Shown piece by piece: positions 57,508 through 64,000 of a stretch of DNA of 64,000 bases (position 1 is the stretch's first letter; every line of letters begins with the position of its first letter). Source of the DNA: Paramoeba atlantica (lineage: Eukaryota > Protista > Discosea); assembly GCA_977017575.1 (NCBI GenBank), contig CDRNVI010000026.1, forward strand, positions 248,001 to 312,000, given 5' to 3'. The translations under genes and the position numbers were made by a program. The notes beneath the pieces were generated by a model. It saw only the letters and a program-made list of their open reading frames with translations. It was not told the origin of the DNA and ran no database searches.

Positions 57508-60500
57508 ATGACCGCGCTACGAGAGGAAGAAATCCCCCTTCGAGGCCCCTCTCTACCCTCTTCTTCCTCCACCTCCCCTACCCACCCTACCCGGTCTTCA
57601 AAATTTCCCCCTTTTCGTCTCACCCCACCTGTCCTCCTTACACTCCTGTTTATCCTCCTCGCGGTCGGCTCCCTCATCGGGTACGGCTGCACGAGTCGTA
57701 ACCCCGGGACATCTTCTTTTTCATCTTCATCTTCAAACACATCTCCCGATGCTACATCCTTGGCCAATGCACAATGGGAGGCCCTTAAAAAGGCCAAGCC
57801 CCCAAAAACGTACGCGGAACCTCAGCAAAAGTTTACCCCTCTCTCTACGCCTCCCACCGTCTCCCATGGTCGAATCCTTCCCCCTTTAAACTTTTCCCTT
57901 CCCCCTTTAAACTTTTCCCTTCCCCCTTTAAACTTTCCCCTTCCCCCCTTCACCTCTCCTTCTTCGTCTCCTTCTCAAGAGTTAACCAAATCCCACGTGC
58001 CGCTCTTCCCCTCCCCCAGCGACCCCCGTCCCTATCGTTTCCTTACCCTTTTGAAAAACCATTTCGATTTTCTTCTCGTTTCGGATAGCAACACAAAATG
58101 GACTTCGGCCTCCATGGACGTCCATGTCGGGAGTGCGTATGATCCGAAAGAAGGGGATCACGACGGTCATCAAGGCCTGGCCCATTTCCTGGAACACATG
58201 CTGTTTCTCGGAAGTGGGAAATATAAAGAGGAGGGCTCGTATGGGGCCTACCTTGCGCTCCATGGGGGATACGCGAATGCGTTTACCGCACAAACCCATA
58301 CCAATTATTATTTTACGGTTCAAGCAGAGGCTTTTACGGAGGCGTTGGATCGTTTTGCGCAGTTTTTTGTGGACCCGCTGTTGAGTTATGAGGGGATGGC
58401 ACGTGAGGTGAAGGCGGTGCATAGTGAGCATGAAAAGAATGTGCTATCGGATGCGTGGCGGGAGTACCAGTTGGTGTTGTCGCTGGCGGAATCGGACTCG
58501 GCGTTTCATCATTTCGCAACCGGGAATAGGGAGACGTTACAACCGGGGGAGAGGCTCCATGGGGCGTTGTTGTCGTTTTATGCCGCACATTATCGAAATG
58601 CGACACGGATGAAGCTATGTGTTGTGGGGCCGCAATCCCTGGACGAGCTGCAAACATTGGTCCAGACACGGTTTCAAGAGATCGGGGGAAAGAATGAAAG
58701 TACGGCGCCCGATACGGTTTTGTCGACTCCCCACGAGTTGAGTCAAATCGATCCCTATCCTTCCGATGCTCTCCCTGTTCGGGTGTATGCCCAGCCGGTT
58801 ACGGTCTCCATGCGTGCGCTTCGGGTATTTTTCTTTATCCCGATTGATCTTGAACAAAAATATCGGCTGCGCATCCCCAACTATCTTGCCTATTTGCATC
58901 ACAGTCGCGACAAAGGCTCGCTGTATCACTGCCTGCATGAGCTCGCTCTGGTCGAGGATATTGACCTAACGCTGTACGACAGCCTGCCCGTTGGTTTCTT
59001 AGTTCGCGTGAGTCTACAGCTCACGGAACAAGGAGAGGCAAAACATGAGGAAGTGCTAAAAGAGTATTATCGATTCCTGGAGGTTCTCCAAGAAGCAACC
59101 GACAAAAAGGGATGTGAACTTTGGAAACAGAGCGTCGCACTGGAATGGCTGCATTTTAATTTCGAGGAAAATCAGCCCGGGGTGGAGTATGCGATACAGC
59201 TGGCAACTGCAATGCATTATGCCGCCCCGGAAGATGTGTTGGGGTCGCCTCGAAATGCGCACTGTCATGAGCATGTTCTGCGGAGCGTACTGGAGAGGCT
59301 TTCTCCGGAGAATGCGATAGAAATTGCGTGGTTCAGTTCGCAAAATATCACCGGGGAAGAGACTCGGACGGATCCGTTTTATGGAACACGGTATAATGTG
59401 ACCCGCGGAGGGGTTGGAGGAAAGAACAAGCAGAATGTTGTGAAAGAGGGGAGTAACCACACGCAGAACTTATGCCCTCATCTCCATGTGCGCCAATCCA
59501 ATGCATTTCTGACCGAATACGTTTTATCCGAAAACATTACACTTGCAAATAAAATGCAATCCTCGGAGAAAACGAATTCCCCTCCGGAGGTTGTCCGAAG
59601 CGATATGGGAAATACCGTGTGGTATTCTCCGTCTAAACACTATCACACGAATCCCCGGATGGAGTATCGATGTTCTTTAGCCCATACTGGGGCAGTGGAT
59701 GCTACTCTGGTCGTTGCCGCCGGATTACACAATCGGTTGCTACAGGATCAGCTCATCAGTCTACAGACAGAAGCAACAGAGGTCGAGCTCTCCTCTGATT
59801 TTGACATTTCCTCTCGAGGAAGCTCCATTCGAGTCGCTGGGTTCTATGATAAGACCCCGGCCTTGTTAGATGAGATGTTGAGGCACGGCAAGTACTCCGC
59901 GATTTGTGATTCAATCACAGAACAACGGTTTGAAATTGTCCGCGCAAAATATCTAAAGGATTTGGATCATGTGGCAAGTCTACCGGCGTACATGTACGCT
60001 GCTAAATATGTGCTGCCGCTGCTGATTGATCCGCATGCGTACTGTGTGGAAGAGGAAAGACGAGCGCTCGAGGGTTTCAAAAATAAAGAGAAATTGTTTT
60101 CGGTCCTCCAGGTCGCGCAAAGCCTTGTCCGTACCCATTCGGATTGTCTTGGTTTTGGAAATGTGGATAGAAATACCACACTTGCGATGACGAACCACGT
60201 GGGGAACTTAGCGGAGTATGAGCGTGTTGCAAGCCGAACAGAAGTGCAAAAGAACTCACGTCGTCTTCTGACGCTACCGTCCGGCGCTGATATTTTGGTT
60301 CATACCACCCCTGGATTACCCGAGGATGAAAACGAGGTTGTGCTCTCCCTGTATGAGCTATCTTCGGATCCCATTGTCTTAGCCCACGCTCGTGTATTTG
60401 AACGCTTTATCTCTCCTGTGTGTTTTGAGGAGCTGCGAACGAAACGTCAACTGGGCTATATCGTACAGAGTACGCTACGAACCACCGATCTTCCACAGCG

Positions 60501-60969
60501 TTCGGCATCTTTCTTTATGTTTCTTATCCAATCACCCTTGTACAATGCCACTACGGTGCTGGAATCTCTCGAAGAGTTTCTGCGCTCTTCTACGGTTGAA
60601 AACCTTTTTGAAGAGCTCTCGGAGGAAAAGCTCACACACGCTCTTGAGGCTGTGAAGGGTTCACTCTCGGAGCCTCCGTTAACACTCAAAGATGAGACGG
60701 ATCGTGTATGGCACGAGATTGTCTCAGAGCAGTTTCGGTTTGATCGAAGGGATAACGATATTTGCGATCTTGATAAGGTCTCGGTGAAGTCCTTGCAACA
60801 GTTTTATAGGCAATTAGTCGATGGAGGTCAACGACGCCGACTTTCTGTGGTTGTTACTCGATATGGCGCTCCCAATGTTACCAAATGGAACACAAAGTGC
60901 GATGTAGTGGATATGTATGATATTGCGTCAAACATCGATACATGGAGAAACAACATGACATTTGCATAA
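57508..60969 (+). CDS. M16A metallopeptidase (insulinase/pitrilysin-like) with N-terminal signal anchor
   Basis: GLAHFLEHMLFLGSGKY (HxxEH), NAFT...TNYYF, AV.SEHEKN, GNRETL, FEELRTKRQLGYIV. TM segment VLLTLLFILLAVGSLIGYG. Confidence 0.92.
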   Translation: MTALREEEIPLRGPSLPSSSSTSPTHPTRSSKFPPFRLTPPVLLTLLFILLAVGSLIGYGCTSRNPGTSSFSSSSSNTSPDATSLANAQWEALKKAKPPKTYAEPQQKFTPLSTPPTVSHGRILPPLNFSLPPLNFSLPPLNFPLPPFTSPSSSPSQELTKSHVPLFPSPSDPRPYRFLTLLKNHFDFLLVSDSNTKWTSASMDVHVGSAYDPKEGDHDGHQGLAHFLEHMLFLGSGKYKEEGSYGAYLALHGGYANAFTAQTHTNYYFTVQAEAFTEALDRFAQFFVDPLLSYEGMAREVKAVHSEHEKNVLSDAWREYQLVLSLAESDSAFHHFATGNRETLQPGERLHGALLSFYAAHYRNATRMKLCVVGPQSLDELQTLVQTRFQEIGGKNESTAPDTVLSTPHELSQIDPYPSDALPVRVYAQPVTVSMRALRVFFFIPIDLEQKYRLRIPNYLAYLHHSRDKGSLYHCLHELALVEDIDLTLYDSLPVGFLVRVSLQLTEQGEAKHEEVLKEYYRFLEVLQEATDKKGCELWKQSVALEWLHFNFEENQPGVEYAIQLATAMHYAAPEDVLGSPRNAHCHEHVLRSVLERLSPENAIEIAWFSSQNITGEETRTDPFYGTRYNVTRGGVGGKNKQNVVKEGSNHTQNLCPHLHVRQSNAFLTEYVLSENITLANKMQSSEKTNSPPEVVRSDMGNTVWYSPSKHYHTNPRMEYRCSLAHTGAVDATLVVAAGLHNRLLQDQLISLQTEATEVELSSDFDISSRGSSIRVAGFYDKTPALLDEMLRHGKYSAICDSITEQRFEIVRAKYLKDLDHVASLPAYMYAAKYVLPLLIDPHAYCVEEERRALEGFKNKEKLFSVLQVAQSLVRTHSDCLGFGNVDRNTTLAMTNHVGNLAEYERVASRTEVQKNSRRLLTLPSGADILVHTTPGLPEDENEVVLSLYELSSDPIVLAHARVFERFISPVCFEELRTKRQLGYIVQSTLRTTDLPQRSASFFMFLIQSPLYNATTVLESLEEFLRSSTVENLFEELSEEKLTHALEAVKGSLSEPPLTLKDETDRVWHEIVSEQFRFDRRDNDICDLDKVSVKSLQQFYRQLVDGGQRRRLSVVVTRYGAPNVTKWNTKCDVVDMYDIASNIDTWRNNMTFA

Positions 60970-61343
60970 GCATCTATGAAAAGGATGGTTCTAATTTATG
61001 TCATTTTGTTTGATATTTGTTAATCAATTTGCTAAGCATAAACGGCGAATGTTATAGATAAACAGTAGTACCAGTTCTTGTACAAAGTAGTCTTATCGGA
61101 ATTGTCTATATAGAGTTATTCTGACCACCATGTTCACATTACTTTCACTTTACTTGCATACCATCTTGATTCAGTACATGTGCAATGAATGTTTTAGGCT
61201 ACCAAAATGAATTTTTGGGTTACCAAAAATGGATGTTTTAGTTTTCCAAATTTTATGATCCTCGACTTTTCGTAACTCTTCTTTTACCAATTTAGAAAGG
61301 ATTTCTTCCATAACTACTTCGCCACAATAACTCTCCCGCCGCT

Positions 61344-63320
61344 ATGAGCAACACTTCTGTACCGCAAGTCACTATACAACGACGATACGACCCCAATATT
61401 CCCGTGTTGGTTCGTAAAAGAAGAAGAGTGTCTGCCGATGAAGACCACCAATCAGCCTCAGCTGTTGACAAAGAAAAGTTAGATACTCAGAAACCTTTCA
61501 CGTGGGATACTGAAAATCAGCGAAGGCTGTGGAACGAAACCCAACGTGTGATACGACGTAGTATTAACCAGGCGAACATGGACAACATTAAGGTCGTGCT
61601 CCCTGGGCTGCTTACTCAAAACCTTACATGGGCTCGCGGAGTGTTTTGTCGTAGTATGCTAGAGAGTGTGATGCGAACCCCGGAATTGGGCGCGATACTC
61701 GCAGCGCTCGTGGCCGTCGTGAACTCTCTATATCCGACAGTAGGAAATCTTTTGGTGACGCGAATAGCAGCACGTATTGTTAAAGAGCATCGCAGACAGC
61801 AATGGGGTTCGATTCGAAATCTACTACCGCTGCTCGCCCAATTAACGCTGCAACAAGTTGTGGATGAGAGTCTGGTGCTGGAATGTGTAGCGCTGTTTCT
61901 CACAAAGCCGAGTGATGAAGGGGTTCAGTTAGGGGTGGATCTCATGCTACAACTGCATGTTTATCTCAGCCGCAACAGTCCACGAGCTCTACAGATTGTG
62001 TTGAGCCGATTTCGGACGCTTCTGACTCAAATATGCCCTCAACAGAAATTTTCAGAGTCGACCAAAGGGACGACGCTGTCTTCCCGATCTCACATTCTGA
62101 TACAGGACATGTTTGAAAAGATCGCCCTATCTCGCACGTCAAATCAAAACTCCAGATTTAATTGGGAAGGCTCGGGAGACGTTGACATCTTACCTCTAGA
62201 ACTTGATCTAGTGGAAGATGACCAACAGGTTACGCACCAGTGCTCCCTGAACGACGAATCCCATGATGTGGAAGATAGTGTCAACTTTTTCGCGGCCATT
62301 CCTGCAGAAACGTTTCTAAAAAGGAAGACCGAACATGATGAACGCTTACAGGTTTTGGGTCTCGACAACTTGACAGGTGATATACCCGATATCGGTGAGG
62401 AGTCTCCCTTTGATCTACATAACGATGAGGAGCATCCACCCAATCCCTCATCCACTGAGCCGGAGGAAGAAACGAAACCTCATACTTCAGATGTCGAACC
62501 ATCCACCCCCATTTCGCATGATGCTCTCCCGAACAACCCTATCCCCGCTGAAATAACAAAAACAACAACAACCTCTCCACCCCCACCTACGGACCCTGTC
62601 CCCCCCTCCACGACGCCTCCCCCCCCTCCCCTCCTCTACGACGACCTCGAGCTCCGTCGTCGTTTCGCGCTCCTTCTCCAAGGCAGCGCGAGCCCCGAGG
62701 AGGCGGCGCACAAACTCCTTCGGGGCTTCGACCCGGGAACAGAGCCCACGCTCGCACAGCTCCTGCTGGAGAGTCTGTTCCACCAGCCCACCTATTCCCC
62801 GTTTTACGGGACCCTGGCCTCCCGTCTGGTCGCCACGGGGTACGCCTTTCGGGGCTGCTTCGAACGGCTGTTCGAACGGCACTACTCCGAGGCCGAGGAG
62901 CTGTCCTCGAAGACCACACGACAGCTCGCGAGGCTCATGTCGCATTTGCTCGCGAGTGAGAGCCTTCCCTGGGGCGTGCTCCAGGTGGTGCGGCTGAGTG
63001 AAAAGGAGTGTACCGCGGATCAACGGGTGTTGTTAAAATACCTGCTGGAGGATCTCGCGCGTACGCTCGGGGTGGGGGTGTTGAAGGAACGGCTGCTGTA
63101 CGACAGCGCGCTGCAGCCGTTGTTGAGAGGGATGTTCCCGGTGGATGAGATCGCGGAGGTGCGGTACGCGATGCTGTTTTTTGCCTCATTGGGGTTGTCC
63201 CCGCTGAATGAGAGGCTCAGCCAGACGTATCGGATCTTGCAGCGGGAGGAGAGCCGGGGGGAGGAGGGGATGTTGCCGACTCCTCTGGATCCGAACGAAG
63301 AAATGGAGGGGAGAAAGTAG
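61344..63320 (+). CDS. CWC22: Pre-mRNA splicing factor CWC22 (MIF4G + MA3)
   Basis: W...QRVIRRSINQAN..NI......NL..ARGVFCRSM..P....LAALVAVVNS.YP.VG.LL; MA3 part EEAAHKLL, TYSPFYG.LASRL, LPW.VL..VRLSE..T...RV..KYL...LA..LG. Confidence 0.85.
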   Translation: MSNTSVPQVTIQRRYDPNIPVLVRKRRRVSADEDHQSASAVDKEKLDTQKPFTWDTENQRRLWNETQRVIRRSINQANMDNIKVVLPGLLTQNLTWARGVFCRSMLESVMRTPELGAILAALVAVVNSLYPTVGNLLVTRIAARIVKEHRRQQWGSIRNLLPLLAQLTLQQVVDESLVLECVALFLTKPSDEGVQLGVDLMLQLHVYLSRNSPRALQIVLSRFRTLLTQICPQQKFSESTKGTTLSSRSHILIQDMFEKIALSRTSNQNSRFNWEGSGDVDILPLELDLVEDDQQVTHQCSLNDESHDVEDSVNFFAAIPAETFLKRKTEHDERLQVLGLDNLTGDIPDIGEESPFDLHNDEEHPPNPSSTEPEEETKPHTSDVEPSTPISHDALPNNPIPAEITKTTTTSPPPPTDPVPPSTTPPPPPLLYDDLELRRRFALLLQGSASPEEAAHKLLRGFDPGTEPTLAQLLLESLFHQPTYSPFYGTLASRLVATGYAFRGCFERLFERHYSEAEELSSKTTRQLARLMSHLLASESLPWGVLQVVRLSEKECTADQRVLLKYLLEDLARTLGVGVLKERLLYDSALQPLLRGMFPVDEIAEVRYAMLFFASLGLSPLNERLSQTYRILQREESRGEEGMLPTPLDPNEEMEGRK

Positions 63321-64000
63321 GGCCATAGGGAATAAAGGAGAGGGAATAAGTACTGTTGCTCCTACTTAAGAATCCAAAAGTCCAAAATCCATGGACTCTT
63401 AAGTAGAGGGGATAATACGAGACAAACGATTAAGAAATAAGACACCAGTTTTTTTCTTTTTTTCTTTACAAACAGGCATAAAATGTAGTTGCAAAATGAA
63501 GGAAAAAGCTAAATGTTTTAGTATTTGGCTTAAAAAAACATACACCTTAAAAATGCACTTTTCTGAGCAGATTCGATTAAGAATCTCGTGCGAGTAGACA
63601 AAGGGCAGGCATGTTTCCTTAGTACACGGCTTGGATGCTGCTCATCTAGAAGAAGATAACCACGACTATCGTTGAGTTGCAGTAGTACTACAGCACTAAG
63701 TAATGTTCGTTAAAGGACTTTGAGGGTCATGGACACACCCCACAGGCTTCGCTTTCCTCGCAGAAGCTTATCTAAGGATCGCGCCACACGATCCACATTT
63801 TTTAGCTCTTTTTCAGTGATTGTCGAACAGGGTCTAGTATCCGCTGTTTCCGTGTCTCTTTCTCAGAACGGTACGAACGTCGTGTGTTTGTTGCTACATT
63901 GAGTATTTGGAATTGAGCTACATTGAGTATTTGCAGAAACTCTTCAAGCACTTCTTGCGAACTCATAATATGTCATGTCCCCTAGATATCCTCTGTAGAT

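Overview
Eukaryotic, essentially intron-less window, most likely from a kinetoplastid (by inference Perkinsela/Prokinetoplastida-like). Support: a spliced-leader (SL)-like sequence at 2176-2213, a homolog of the trypanosomatid mitoribosomal protein bL19m, and all intact host genes lying on the + strand like a polycistronic cluster. Housekeeping genes: CDC48/VCP, bL19m, a TruA/PUS1 pseudouridine synthase, an M16 insulinase-like peptidase and CWC22. There are also three copies of a U80/snR60-like C/D snoRNA. These are interspersed with 13 paralogs (11 intact, 2 broken) of a 23-aa-repeat LRR family sharing an unusual N-terminal motif, and with many decayed transposons (Tc1/mariner, Merlin, hAT, PIF/Harbinger-like, RTE-like, CRE/SLACS-like, a tyrosine-recombinase fragment, MITEs). 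Highlights: (1) a TSD-flanked chimeric retro-insertion joining a CRE/SLACS-type endonuclease tail to a complete SL-capped, polyadenylated mRNA copy; (2) the LRR repertoire, where one duplicate pair shows a strong excess of amino-acid-changing substitutions while the co-duplicated bL19m shows only silent ones; (3) a prokaryote-type pRiA4b-ORF3 domain fused to a histone-H1-like basic tail; (4) repeated C-rich to G-rich compositional islands that override codon usage inside genes. All family assignments come from motif recognition by eye; no database searches were run.
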